Notes: a model not told the origin generated them from the sequence alone. A DNA stretch of 62,829 bases, filler included, from Eubacteriales bacterium (GCA_045636665.1; 10 parts of 10 records of this genome joined end to end with filler, not necessarily neighbours in it), one strand, 5' to 3'. Shown: positions 39,283 through 51,438, numbered from the whole stretch's first letter. Numbers and translations: made by a program.

Positions 39283-40074
39283 TTAATAGAGTTCTTCTTC
39301 AATCAGCTTTCTCGAACGGTTGGGAGAAGCTTGGGAATCATCGCTGACGATATTACGTTCGTCAAAGCTGATAGCTTTGACAAAATCAGCGGGAACCTCA
39401 TATTCAAACGTCTTGATAAAAAGCTCGCTTACAGACGAAGCATAAAATTCTTCGGTTTCCGATTCTTCAAAAATAAAATCGGATTCGTCGCTTATACTAA
39501 CGTCAAGCTCTCCGAAAAATTCGTTTTCTTCTTCGGGTTCGGAAATATCCTCGTCGGAATTATCAAGCGATTCTTCGCTTACCGTTTCGGAATCGTCCGA
39601 GCTGTTTATCGTATTATGCGTTTTGAGATAATTCTTATATTTATTTTCGGTAACGTACGCCAATTTTATTCTATAGGTACCGTTTTGCATACCGGCAACC
39701 TTTTCTTCGGGAACCGTGATTTTCCAGTCTTCACCGGGTTCAAGCTCCGCAAAGGTGCCATTGTATTGTTGGGATATTGCGGTGGCGTTTCCTTGTGTAT
39801 AATACACGTCGCAATATTCAACCCAACCGTCATCGCTTAAATATTCGATCTTGCCGGTCATTTTTTCGTTTTCGTGGAAAAGTAATACTGTGCCGGCGGT
39901 GTTTTTAACCGAAATGGTAACTTCATTGCTACCTTCTTCGGTGTCACTTACAATATCGACCGAAATGTCTTGGCTTTGCCAAAGAAGAACCTGTACCGCT
40001 AAAAGCGTAAAGGCGATCATAAATACCAAAGCAAGAACAAGCAACGTCAAAACGGTTGATTTCTTTCGTTCTAT
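39283..40074 (-). CDS. Membrane-anchored protein with Ig-like domain and acidic region; probable ATA start
   Basis: TM segment, V.ISVKN...IEY....W...LEPGE......GTYRI pattern; GAGGTG 7 nt before an in-frame ATA (the ORF track starts at TTG 40050). Confidence 0.75.
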   Translation of the reverse strand: MERKKSTVLTLLVLALVFMIAFTLLAVQVLLWQSQDISVDIVSDTEEGSNEVTISVKNTAGTVLLFHENEKMTGKIEYLSDDGWVEYCDVYYTQGNATAISQQYNGTFAELEPGEDWKITVPEEKVAGMQNGTYRIKLAYVTENKYKNYLKTHNTINSSDDSETVSEESLDNSDEDISEPEEENEFFGELDVSISDESDFIFEESETEEFYASSVSELFIKTFEYEVPADFVKAISFDERNIVSDDSQASPNRSRKLIEEELY

Positions 40075-40143
40075 CGCAATTCACCTCAATATAAATATAC
40101 CACAAAAAAAGTTTTTGTAAATGGTTCTTTTTAACAAAAAATC

Positions 40144-40170
40144 ACCTTTTGGAAATCCCTGCATAGAATA
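40144..40170 (+). promoter_or_regulatory. Possible mother-cell (sigma-K/E) promoter
   Basis: AC-N16-CATAGAATA. Confidence 0.4.
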
Positions 40171-40229
40171 GTATTGATAATATCGAAAGAACAAATAAGG
40201 TATTATCCAAACATCAAGGAGGAATTTCA

Positions 40230-40830
40230 ATGAACGAAAGAACAGGTCCGCTCGGCGGACTTTGCGGAAACGGAAAAGAACAGCTTTGCTGTATCAGCGT
40301 CGATAAGGTTTTCGATTCCGCGCGTGACAAAGACTGTCTGGAGGATGTGCGCGTACACTTGTGTGACTGCGGGCAGGAAATTATTGATAAAGCAAGTGCG
40401 GTAAGATGCAAATGCGTCGAAATCATCAATACCAACATCCACATCGAGCCCGTGCCTTTTAATAGGGGCTTTTATCAGGTAACAGTACGCTATTATTTCT
40501 GTGTAACGCTTGAAGCTTGTCTTTGCGGCGGCAGAGTTCAGGAAGTTAAAGGATTATGTGCGTTTGATAAAAAAATCATTCTTTTCGGCAGCGAAAAGAA
40601 CGTTTCGGTGTTCACTTCCGACCCCGAAAACAACAGCTTCTGCTTCGACGAACGCGATTTGCGTTGTGACAGCGAGCCCACGCTTCCCACAGTTGTGGTG
40701 GAGGTCGCATCGCCTATCTGTCTTGACAGTAAGCTCGTTGAGCGCTGCAAGCCCTTTGGACATTGCTGTATGTGCATAGACGCCATTCCCGACCGTATTC
40801 GCTCTCGCTTCGACGGTAATTTCGTCGACG
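40230..40830 (+). CDS. Cys-rich hypothetical protein, probable spore coat/exosporium protein (3' truncated)
   Basis: About 19 Cys in 200 aa, CI..DKVFDS motif, strong RBS AGGAGG, sporulation-type promoter. Confidence 0.6.
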
Positions 40831-40930
40831 NNNNNNNNNNNNNNNNNNNNNNNNNNNNNNNNNNNNNNNNNNNNTTAATTAATTAANNNNNNNNNNNNNN
40901 NNNNNNNNNNNNNNNNNNNNNNNNNNNNNN
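40831..40930. other. Artificial contig linker
   Basis: N44-TTAATTAATTAA-N44. Confidence 0.99.
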
Positions 40931-41473
40931 ACCGTTTACAAGCAAGTTGGGGAAACGCGCGGGCAAAACTGTGGGCTCGTCAAGACGGTTATCAAAGTTC
41001 CTTGTCATAACTACCACGTTCTTGTCAAGGTCGCGCATAAGTTCATCGGAAATCTTTGAAAGACGCGCTTCGGTATAACGGTAAGCAGCCGCGCCGTCAC
41101 CGTCAACAGAGCCGAAGTTTCCGTGACCTTCAACCAACGTATATCTATATGAGAAATCCTGCGCCATACGAACCATTGTGCCATAAACCGCTGCGTCACC
41201 GTGTGGATGATAACGTCCAAGAACGTTACCAACGGTTGTAGCAGACTTACGGAAAGGCTTATCGCTTGTCAAATGGTCCTCGTACATCGCGTACAAAATT
41301 CTTCTTTGACCGGGCTTCATACCGTCGCGCACGTCGGGAAGCGCACGAGCAGCAATAACTGACATTGAATACTCGATAAAGGAGCGTTCAACTTCTTTTT
41401 TCATCTCAACGTCGATTATTTTCTGATCGGGAAATTCAATTCTTTCGTTGTCGTGATTTTTAATTTCTGCCAT
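40931..41473 (-). CDS. gyrA: DNA gyrase subunit A, N-terminal part (3' truncated)
   Basis: [43 protein letters not shown]. Confidence 0.95.
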
Positions 41474-41493
41474 TATTTTGAACTCTCCTTTCC

Positions 41494-43467
<1,974 letters not shown>

Positions 43468-43564
43468 TCAAATTGTTGTGTATGTGAATGAATTGGTTAC
43501 AAAGTTAAATATGGGTCGCTTTTGAAAAAGCTCCGCAAAACTTTTAATCGTGGGTTTGTACGAA

Positions 43565-43715
43565 CTTTGCATAAATTTTCGATAATTCGCAAACGAATTA
43601 TCGGTTTTGAAACTCCAATTCTGCCCTTATGTACAAGTACAACGGTCAGTATTGAATTTTCAAAACTACGAAAATCAATCTCTTGCGAGCTTGCTTTTCT
43701 AAAATTTACTTTGGT
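43565..43715. other. Multi-stem structured intergenic element (candidate ncRNA or miniature repeat)
   Basis: Closing stem TAAATTTT/AAAATTTA around three hairpins including CGATAATTCG/CGAATTATCG and a TGTAC-aa-GTACA tip. Confidence 0.45.
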
Positions 43716-43750
43716 GGTGTGTAGCCGTTTTGATAGCTATACAGCTATTG

Positions 43751-43850
43751 NNNNNNNNNNNNNNNNNNNNNNNNNNNNNNNNNNNNNNNNNNNNTTAATT
43801 AATTAANNNNNNNNNNNNNNNNNNNNNNNNNNNNNNNNNNNNNNNNNNNN
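43751..43850. other. Artificial contig linker
   Basis: N44-TTAATTAATTAA-N44. Confidence 0.99.
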
Positions 43851-45208
43851 GCGTCCATAAGTGCGAGTGTAGAGCCGCAAACGGAAGCCTGAGATGTTGA
43901 ACCGTTCGAAGAAACAACTTCAGATACGAGTCTGATAGCGTAGGGGAAGTCTTCTTTCGAAGGCAATACGGGAACGAGAGAACGTTCTGCCAACGCGCCG
44001 TGACCGATTTCACGTCTGCCGGGGCTTCTCGAAGCCTTTGCTTCGCCAACCGAATAGCCGGGCATATTGTAGTGGTGCATATATCTCTTGGTTTCTTCTT
44101 CGTCAATGCCGTCAAGGAGCTGAGCTTCGCTAACGGGTGCAAGAGTTGCGATGGTAAGAACCTGAGTCTGACCTCTGGTGAAAAGGCCCGAGCCGTGGGT
44201 ACGGGGAAGAAGCGAAACTTCTGCGTTAAGAGGACGGATTTCATCCATTCTTCTGCCGTCAACACGCTTCTTTTCGTCAAGCAACCATCTGCGAACGATT
44301 TGCTTTTGAAGCTTGTAAAGGCATTCGTCAATCATACCCTTGCTGTCGGGATATTCTTCCTCAAGCTCGGTGTAAACTCTTTCGTAAATGGGTTGGAGAG
44401 CCGCATCGCGGATTCTCTTGTCATCGGTATCAAGAGCCTTCTTAACGTCTTCGCCAACCATAGCTTCGATTTTATCGAACATATCGTGGTCGATATCGCA
44501 AGAGGGATATTCAAACTTATCCTTGCCGATTTCAGCTTGGATTTCGCTGATGAAGTCGCAAATGGGCTTAATAGCGTCGTGCGCCTTCATAATAGCTTCA
44601 TACATGGTGTCGTCGTCAACCTCGTTAGCGCCTGCTTCGATCATAACGACCTTGTTCTTGCTGCCTGCAACGGTGAGCTCAAGATCGCTCTTTGCTCTTT
44701 GCTCTGCAGTGGGGTTGATAACGATCTTGCCGTCAACAAGACCAACGAAAACGCCTGCGATAGGGCCGTTCCAAGGAATGTTGGAAATAGAAAGTGCGAT
44801 GGATGCGCCGATCATCGCCGAAATTTCGGGCGAGCAATCGGGATCAACCGACATAACGGTAAGCGAAATTACAACGTCGTTACGAAGATCCTTGGGGAAA
44901 AGGGGACGGATAGGTCTGTCGATAACGCGCGATGCGAGGATTGCGTGCTCGGTAGGTCTGCCCTCGCGTCTGTTCCAGCTGCCGGGGATTTTACCAGCGG
45001 CATAAAGACGTTCTTCGTAATCAACCGAGAGGGGAAGGAAGTCAATACCGTCTCTGGGAGCGGCAGACATGGTTGCGTTTGCAAGCACTGCGGTTTCGCC
45101 GTAGCGAACCAAGCAGGAACCGCCCGCAAGCTGTGCAATCTTACCGGTTTCGATAACCAAAGGTCTGCCGGCAAGCTCGTAACTAAAGGTTCTGAAGTTG
45201 TTAAACAT
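43851..45208 (-). CDS. pnp: Polyribonucleotide nucleotidyltransferase (3' truncated)
   Basis: DFLPLSVDYEE, RREGRP, RVDGR, HGSGLFTRGQTQ, RREIGHGALAE, SNGSTSQASVCG. Confidence 0.97.
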
Positions 45209-45241
45209 TTTCTTTTTTTCCTTTCATTTTTTAGAATATAC

Positions 45242-45335
45242 GAAAGGCAATTTTCGGGAAGTTTAACATTTAAGTGCACGCCGAACCCTTTTCGGCACAC
45301 AGTTAACTGCTAAACCGCCAAATAATTACCTTTTC
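45242..45335 (-). promoter_or_regulatory. Long stem in the pnp leader (probable RNase III autoregulatory site)
   Basis: Imperfect 94-nt hairpin GAAAGGCAATT...GCCGAA-ccctt-TTCGGC...AATTACCTTTTC upstream of pnp. Confidence 0.6.
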
Positions 45336-45490
45336 ATTCGTTTGTTATTATGTGCAAAGCTTTGTCTTTGCAATCAAACACCTCGGAAATCGTAAAAGAA
45401 AACCGAGGTGTTGATCACAGAAACTTTTGTAAGTCCGTTTTTAAGTCTTTGAGCGAATAAATGCGCTATACGCCGAATTTACCGTTCAAA

Positions 45491-45757
45491 TTACTTACGG
45501 ATACCGCAGCGTTCGATAATAGAACGGTAGCGTTCAATATCGTTCTTGAGAAGGTAGTTGAGGAACTTTCTTCTCTTACCGATCATCTGTTGCATACCTC
45601 TGCGGCTGTGGTTGTCCTTGGGGTTCTTCTTAAGGTGCTCGGTGAGTTCAGAGATTCTCTTGGAGAGGATAGCGATTTGAACTTCGGGAGAACCGGTGTC
45701 GCCTTCGTGAACCGCGAAGGTCTTGATGATGTCTTGCTTGTTTTCCTTTGTGATCAT
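45491..45757 (-). CDS. rpsO: 30S ribosomal protein S15
   Basis: [18 protein letters not shown]....KD.HSRRG. Confidence 0.98.
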   Translation of the reverse strand: MITKENKQDIIKTFAVHEGDTGSPEVQIAILSKRISELTEHLKKNPKDNHSRRGMQQMIGKRRKFLNYLLKNDIERYRSIIERCGIRK

Positions 45758-45764
45758 GGTGTTT

Positions 45765-45860
45765 CACCTTTCAAAAAATATTTTTACGGTACAAACTCGG
45801 CAAACGGTTGGTGAAGTCGGGAATATTTACCCGTGTATCCGTAAACCGTGCAAGTCCGCA
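45765..45860 (-). promoter_or_regulatory. Firmicutes-type S15 autoregulatory leader
   Basis: About 100-nt leader between a TTTACA/TATATT promoter and rpsO, with a GACTTCACCAACCG core resembling the Firmicutes S15 leader. Confidence 0.55.
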
Positions 45861-46051
45861 TTCCAAAGTAATATACCACACAAAAGCAGGTTTGTAAATA
45901 CCTTTTTTGAAAAAATGCCCGAAATTAAGCAAATTTATTGAATATATATATATTTAAATGTAGAAAAAGGATTTTTTCGGTCGATTCACTTGATTTTGGC
46001 ATTTTTTGGTGGTACAATACAGGATGAAAAATTATAAGGGGATACTATGCC

Positions 46052-46258
46052 GTGAATAAACCGTTTGCAAAAAAATACTATGAAGCCTTTGTACGCGCGT
46101 TTGCCGCGTTGATGCTTTCTGCGCTTACGCTTTTGCTCATTTATGCATTCGACCGCGGTCTTCTTCCGTATTCCGAGGACGGCGATGCATTCGATACGGT
46201 CTATGCCATCGAAGGCGAAGAAGCTGTCGAAGGGGAAGAACCCCAATCCGCTTCGTAA
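46052..46258 (+). CDS. Small single-pass membrane protein, hypothetical
   Basis: 68 aa, GTG start after AAGGGG, one hydrophobic helix, acidic tail. Confidence 0.6.
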   Translation: MNKPFAKKYYEAFVRAFAALMLSALTLLLIYAFDRGLLPYSEDGDAFDTVYAIEGEEAVEGEEPQSAS

Positions 46259-46350
46259 TAAATATATTCAACATAAAAAAACCGCGCGGCGAAAACGGTG
46301 TGTTCCGTCACAATATCTCGCCGCTAAGGTAGAAAAAGGAGATTAAAGAA

Positions 46351-47565
46351 ATGATGACTAAAAAAGAAACGGTCGCAATGCTGCTTGCCGGCGGACAGGG
46401 AAGCAGACTTTATTTGCTTACCGAACGCATCGCAAAGCCCGCCGTACCCTTCGGCGGTAAGTATCGCATTATCGATTTTCCTCTCTCCAACTGTATCAAT
46501 TCAGGTATCGACACCGTCGGTGTTCTTACCCAATACCAACCTCTTGCGCTCAACGGATATATCGGCAACGGTCAACCGTGGGACCTCGACAGAACCTTCG
46601 GCGGCGTAACGACTCTTCCGCCCTATCAAGCGCAAAAGCGTGCCGATTGGTATAAGGGCACCGCAAACGCAATATATCAAAATATGCAATTTATCGACAA
46701 TTTCGATCCCGAATACGTTGTGATACTCTCGGGCGACCATATTTATAAAATGGACTATGCCGAAATGATCGAGGCGCATAAAAAGAACAATGCCGATTGC
46801 ACCATCGCGGTGTTCGACGTTCCTCTTTCCGAAGCGTCGCGATTCGGTATTATGACGACCGACGAAAATCTTCGTATTACCGAATTTGCCGAAAAGCCCA
46901 AGGAGCCGAAAAGCACAAAGGCATCGATGGGCGTTTACGTATTCAGCAAAGCCAAGCTCTTTTCCTATCTCGAAGCCGATGAAGCCGATGAAACCAGCGA
47001 AAAGGACTTCGGTAAGAACATAATCCCCGCAATGCTCAACGCGGGCGAACGTCTTTTCGCGTTTGAATTTTCGGGCTATTGGAAGGACGTCGGAACAATC
47101 GATTCGCTTTGGGAAGCAAATATGGACCTGTTGGGCTCGCGTCCCGCACTTCCTCTTAAGGATAAATCCTGGCGCATCCTTTCGCGTAACGAAGCGCTTC
47201 CGCCTCACTTTGTCGGCTCAAGCGCGGTCATCAGCAACTCGGTCATCACCGAAGGCTGTGAAATCTACGGTACGGTTATCAATTCGGTGCTTTCCGCAGG
47301 CGTTGTCGTCGAAAAGGGCGCAACCGTTCGCGACAGCGTAATTTTGGGTAACGTAACCGTTAAATCCGATGCGACGGTTGATTATTCGGTTGTCGATTCG
47401 GATACCGTCATCGGCAAGGAAGCAACCGTTGGTAAAAACATCGCAGACGCAAAGGGAATCACGCTTCTCGGAGGCGGTCTTAACGTGCCCGCGGGCGTTA
47501 ATGTGCCCGATGGCGCAATCTGCGGTAAAGATATGCTCGCCGAGCTTTCGGCTAAAAGGGGGTAA
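46351..47565 (+). CDS. glgC: Glucose-1-phosphate adenylyltransferase
   Basis: [60 protein letters not shown]. Confidence 0.97.
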   Translation: MMTKKETVAMLLAGGQGSRLYLLTERIAKPAVPFGGKYRIIDFPLSNCINSGIDTVGVLTQYQPLALNGYIGNGQPWDLDRTFGGVTTLPPYQAQKRADWYKGTANAIYQNMQFIDNFDPEYVVILSGDHIYKMDYAEMIEAHKKNNADCTIAVFDVPLSEASRFGIMTTDENLRITEFAEKPKEPKSTKASMGVYVFSKAKLFSYLEADEADETSEKDFGKNIIPAMLNAGERLFAFEFSGYWKDVGTIDSLWEANMDLLGSRPALPLKDKSWRILSRNEALPPHFVGSSAVISNSVITEGCEIYGTVINSVLSAGVVVEKGATVRDSVILGNVTVKSDATVDYSVVDSDTVIGKEATVGKNIADAKGITLLGGGLNVPAGVNVPDGAICGKDMLAELSAKRG

Positions 47566-47571
47566 CGCGGT

Positions 47572-48196
47572 ATGAACGCAGTAGGAATTATCTTTTCAAG
47601 CATTAACGAAAAAAGCGTATACGAGCTTACCAAGCAGCGTACTATGGCATCTGTGCCCTTCGGCTGCCGTTACAGATTAATCGACTTTGCGCTTTCCAAT
47701 ATGGTGAATTCGGGCATCAGCCACGTCGGAATCGTCACCCACTATAACTATCAATCGCTTATGGACCATATCGGTTCCGGTAAGGATTGGGACCTTGCGC
47801 GCCGTCACGGCGGTATCAAAATCCTTCCGCCCTATATCACCGCTTTCGCAAACTCAAGCAACCTTCTTTACAGCACACGCCTTGAAGCGTTAATAAGCAT
47901 CCGCGATTTTATTTCGGGCTGTAAGGAGGACGTCGTTGTATTGTCCGATTGCGATACGGTTTGCAATATCGACCTTTCGGCTATGCTCGAGCGTCACGCC
48001 GCAACCAATGCCGACATCACCTTGGGTGTTAAGAGCAGTTACGTTTCCCAAGACAGCTCAAGTACCTTAACCATCGTCAGCTCGGACGATGACGGCCGTG
48101 TTACCGAGGTCGGCGAATACGAAGGACTCAAAAACGGATTCGAAGACGTTTGGGTTCACATTATGGTCGTCGGCAGAAAATATCTTGAAGAAATCA
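47572..48196 (+). CDS. glgD: Glucose-1-phosphate adenylyltransferase subunit GlgD (3' truncated)
   Basis: RTMASVPFGCRYRLIDFALSN, SLMDHIGSGKDWDLAR; follows glgC. Confidence 0.95.
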
Positions 48197-48296
48197 NNNN
48201 NNNNNNNNNNNNNNNNNNNNNNNNNNNNNNNNNNNNNNNNTTAATTAATTAANNNNNNNNNNNNNNNNNNNNNNNNNNNNNNNNNNNNNNNNNNNN
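48197..48296. other. Artificial contig linker
   Basis: N44-TTAATTAATTAA-N44. Confidence 0.99.
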
Positions 48297-48399
48297 TCCT
48301 ACGGTTGCGTTATATCACTGTGCGAAACAACAAAAAAGAACGATACAATTACCGTCCTTAAATAAATAATTAATTCTAAGAGTTTTTGGGGAGAGAGCT

Positions 48400-48435
48400 C
48401 GAGAGAGGGGCTTTTTGCAAAAAGCTCCTCTCTCG
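48400..48435. repeat. Near-perfect palindrome (terminator or REP-like element)
   Basis: CGAGAGAGGGGCTTTTTG/CAAAAAGCTCCTCTCTCG. Confidence 0.6.
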
Positions 48436-48450
48436 TAAAACAAACCGTTA

Positions 48451-49269
48451 TTAAAGCGTCTGTTCTCCAAGAAGCGCGCCTTCGTAGCTTTCCAAATCGC
48501 CTGCATCGCAAAGAGCAGCGAGCTTGGGGTCGATGGGGAGCTTGGAAACACGCTCGATACCGTGTGCCGCCGCAACCGAATCCACCTTGCTTTCGCCGTA
48601 GATATAATGCTTTTGGTTGCAATCGGGACATTCGAAATAGGAATAGTTTTCGACAAGACCCAAAATCGGCTTGTTCATCAATTCCGCCAATCTTACCGCC
48701 TTGCCGACGATCAACGAAACGAGGTCTTGGGGGCTTGTAACGATAATCATACCGTCAACGGGGAGCGATTGGAATACGGTAAGCGGAACGTCACCGGTTC
48801 CGGGAGGCATATCGATAAACATAACGTCGTTTTCGCCCCAATTAACGTCGGTCCAGAACTGCTTTACACAGCCTGCGATAACGGGACCGCGCCAAGCGAC
48901 GGGGTCGGTTTCGTTGGGGAGAAGGAGGTTAAGCGACATAATTTTGATGCCCGTCTTGCTTTCGGGGGGAATCATCGATTCGCCGTCGCTCATAACACCG
49001 CTTCCGACACCGAAGATTTTGGGAATCGAGGGGCCTGTAATATCGGCATCGAGGATACAAACCTTTTTGCCTGCTCTTTGCGCGTTGATTGCAAGAAGCG
49101 AGGTAACGAGCGATTTACCGACACCGCCCTTACCGCTTACAACGGCGATAACCTTGCCGATTTTGCTTCCCTCGCGAAGCTTTTCAATCATACTTTCGGG
49201 AGCTGATCCCTTATCTCTGCTCGAGCAGCTTGCACTGCAGGTCGAGCAATCGTGCGTACATTCACTCAT
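48451..49269 (-). CDS. Mrp/NBP35 (ApbC) Fe-S carrier ATPase
   Basis: N-terminal CxxxCxxCxxxC, SGKGGVGKS, DADITGPS, DMPPGTGD, VEN.S...CP.C. Confidence 0.95.
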   Translation of the reverse strand: MSECTHDCSTCSASCSSRDKGSAPESMIEKLREGSKIGKVIAVVSGKGGVGKSLVTSLLAINAQRAGKKVCILDADITGPSIPKIFGVGSGVMSDGESMIPPESKTGIKIMSLNLLLPNETDPVAWRGPVIAGCVKQFWTDVNWGENDVMFIDMPPGTGDVPLTVFQSLPVDGMIIVTSPQDLVSLIVGKAVRLAELMNKPILGLVENYSYFECPDCNQKHYIYGESKVDSVAAAHGIERVSKLPIDPKLAALCDAGDLESYEGALLGEQTL

Positions 49270-49284
49270 TTTAAATTCCTCTTT

Positions 49285-50100
49285 TTATTTATTCAATGCT
49301 TTAAGATATTTTATGCTCATTTCGGCACATTCAAACGGAGTTTTTCCGATTGTCGGCTGATCCTGCTCGACAACGTACCATTCAACGCCGCATTTTTCGG
49401 CATTTTCGATGATTTCGACAAATTTCACAACGCCGTCACCGACCGAGCGGAAGCCAAATTCCTCACTGCGCTCCTTTTCGCTTTCGTCGATGCCGATAAG
49501 CGCATACATATTGTCGCTCTTTCTGCCGACGTAGTCCTTTAAATGAAGCAAGGGACAGCGGTTTGCATACTTTTTAAGGTACTTATTGGGGTCTTCGCCT
49601 GCGACAGAAACCCAACAGCAGTCCATTTGCATCTTCAAATTTTCTGCGCTTACGCTGTCGTAAAGGTCGTCAAAGCCATAGCTTCCGTTTTCCAAACGGA
49701 CAAATTCGGTATCGTGGTTGTGATAGCTGAAGGTCATACCTGCATTTCTGACCATTTCGCCGTATTTATTAAGCTCTGCCTTGGTGTTTTCCCAATTTTC
49801 GGTGCCGGGGCGGTCCTCGGGTGCAAGTCCGGGCACAACAAGGTGGGCACAGCCTGCTCTTTTATATTCGTCGATAACCTTATTTGCATCCGCGCGGAGA
49901 TCGTAAAACGAAATGTGCGCCGAAACGGGAACAAGCCCGATTTCGTCAAGCAAATTCTTCATTTCTTCGGGGGTAAATCCCCAAAGTCCTGCAAATTCAA
50001 CTCCGTCATAGCCAAGCGCTTTTACCTTTTTAAGCGTTGCGGTTACGTCGTTTTGCATTTCATCGCGAAGCGAATAAAGCTGTATTGCAATAGGTTTCAT
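49285..50100 (-). CDS. Sugar phosphate isomerase/epimerase family protein
   Basis: QLYSLR, GYDGVEFAG, YHNHDTEF, HLKD, VEQD. Confidence 0.9.
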   Translation of the reverse strand: MKPIAIQLYSLRDEMQNDVTATLKKVKALGYDGVEFAGLWGFTPEEMKNLLDEIGLVPVSAHISFYDLRADANKVIDEYKRAGCAHLVVPGLAPEDRPGTENWENTKAELNKYGEMVRNAGMTFSYHNHDTEFVRLENGSYGFDDLYDSVSAENLKMQMDCCWVSVAGEDPNKYLKKYANRCPLLHLKDYVGRKSDNMYALIGIDESEKERSEEFGFRSVGDGVVKFVEIIENAEKCGVEWYVVEQDQPTIGKTPFECAEMSIKYLKALNK

Positions 50101-50123
50101 TTCGGGAATCTCCTTTTATATTT

Positions 50124-51350
50124 TTATTCTGCCCATTTGCCGTTTACGAAAATAGGCGTTGCAACCCCGTCCTTATAGCCGGTGATGCACATATCGTCGG
50201 AGCCGATCATAAAATCGACGTGTATCATCGAATCGTTCACGCCGAGCTCACGCAGTTCGTCAAGCGTCATATTTTCAAAGCCCTTAACGCAATTGCTGTA
50301 GCCCATACCGATAGCAACGTGGCAGGATGCATTTTCATCGAAAAGCGTGTTGTAATAAAGCAAACCGCTTTCGGCAATCGCCGAATCCTTGGGAACGAGC
50401 GCAAGCTCGCCGAGCATCGCGCTTCCCTCGTCGGTGGTGATAAGCTTGCCCAATGCTTCGTTGCCCTTTTCGGCGTACCAATTAACGGCTCTGCCGTCTT
50501 CAAAATCGATATAGAACTTATCAATCAAGGTGCCTCTTACCGAAAGGGGCATGGTAGATACCAATCTGCCGCTGCACTTACCCTTTTTGGGAGTGGTGAA
50601 TATTTCCTCGGTGGGCATATTAGGGTTGAAGAAGATACCGCCGAGCGTTTCCTCTCCGCCGCCGCACCAAACGCTTTCCTTCATAAGCTCGCAGGTAAAA
50701 TCGGTGCCGTTCGAGGATTTATAATGCAAATAATCAAAGCCTTTTTCGGTAAGCCATTCGCTCTTTGCCTTGAAATCGTTGTTTTTCTTGTCCCATTCGG
50801 CAATGCAATCGTTTTCTTCATTGCAGTTAACTGTGGAAAGGATTGCCTCCCAAAGCTTTTCGACAGCGACCGATATGCGGTCGTTGGGGAACATTTTTTT
50901 CGCCCACGCCTTGCCGGGAATCGCGCAAACGAGCCATTGATGCTTGTTTTCCATCGCCTCGCGGTAGGGCTTGAGCTTTTTCGATGCCGCAATGCTTGCG
51001 CGCGCTATCTTTTCGGGGTTGGACGATGCAAGCGCATCGGGGTCCTGACACAAAAGCGCGATTCTTGCAGGGAGAATTTCGGAATCGTGCTTTGCTCTTT
51101 CGACCTGCCAATCGGGCACGTCGCAAAGAGTTTTCATCGAGCAGTGACGGTATGCGAGCTTTGCAAGCTCGGTCATCGACCAATCGACTCTAACGTAGCC
51201 TGCGCCTGCGCGGTATGCTTCCTCGACGAGGATAGCCACAAATTCAGCCGCTTCAACGTCGGCGCTGATATTAAGCTGTTGACCCTTTTGGATATTAACG
51301 CCCTGCTTAACCAAAAGCTTGGCATATTTTCTTTTCAGACTCTTTTTCAT
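50124..51350 (-). CDS. Aminopeptidase (M29, AmpS/PepS family)
   Basis: KYAKLLVKQGVNIQKGQ, NMPTEEIFTTP, GELALVP, TLFDENASCH.A.G..Y, S.IHVDFMIG. Confidence 0.95.
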   Translation of the reverse strand: MKKSLKRKYAKLLVKQGVNIQKGQQLNISADVEAAEFVAILVEEAYRAGAGYVRVDWSMTELAKLAYRHCSMKTLCDVPDWQVERAKHDSEILPARIALLCQDPDALASSNPEKIARASIAASKKLKPYREAMENKHQWLVCAIPGKAWAKKMFPNDRISVAVEKLWEAILSTVNCNEENDCIAEWDKKNNDFKAKSEWLTEKGFDYLHYKSSNGTDFTCELMKESVWCGGGEETLGGIFFNPNMPTEEIFTTPKKGKCSGRLVSTMPLSVRGTLIDKFYIDFEDGRAVNWYAEKGNEALGKLITTDEGSAMLGELALVPKDSAIAESGLLYYNTLFDENASCHVAIGMGYSNCVKGFENMTLDELRELGVNDSMIHVDFMIGSDDMCITGYKDGVATPIFVNGKWAE

Positions 51351-51361
51351 TTTTTTATTTC

Positions 51362-51438
51362 CGCGATGCGCGATACAACGAACCTGCTTGCTTCTCCCCG
51401 CGATACCTATTGCGATAAGAAGCGTTGTATCGGTCGCG
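51362..51438 (-). promoter_or_regulatory. GC-rich hairpin in the aminopeptidase 5' UTR
   Basis: CGATACAACG (51371-80) pairs with CGTTGTATCG (51423-32), closed by CGCGA/TCGCG. Confidence 0.5.

Noticed and set aside
48297..48365. Short open frame SYGCVISLCETTKKNDTITVLK* at a contig start
   Set aside because: Possibly the tail of a plus-strand gene, but too short to support a call.
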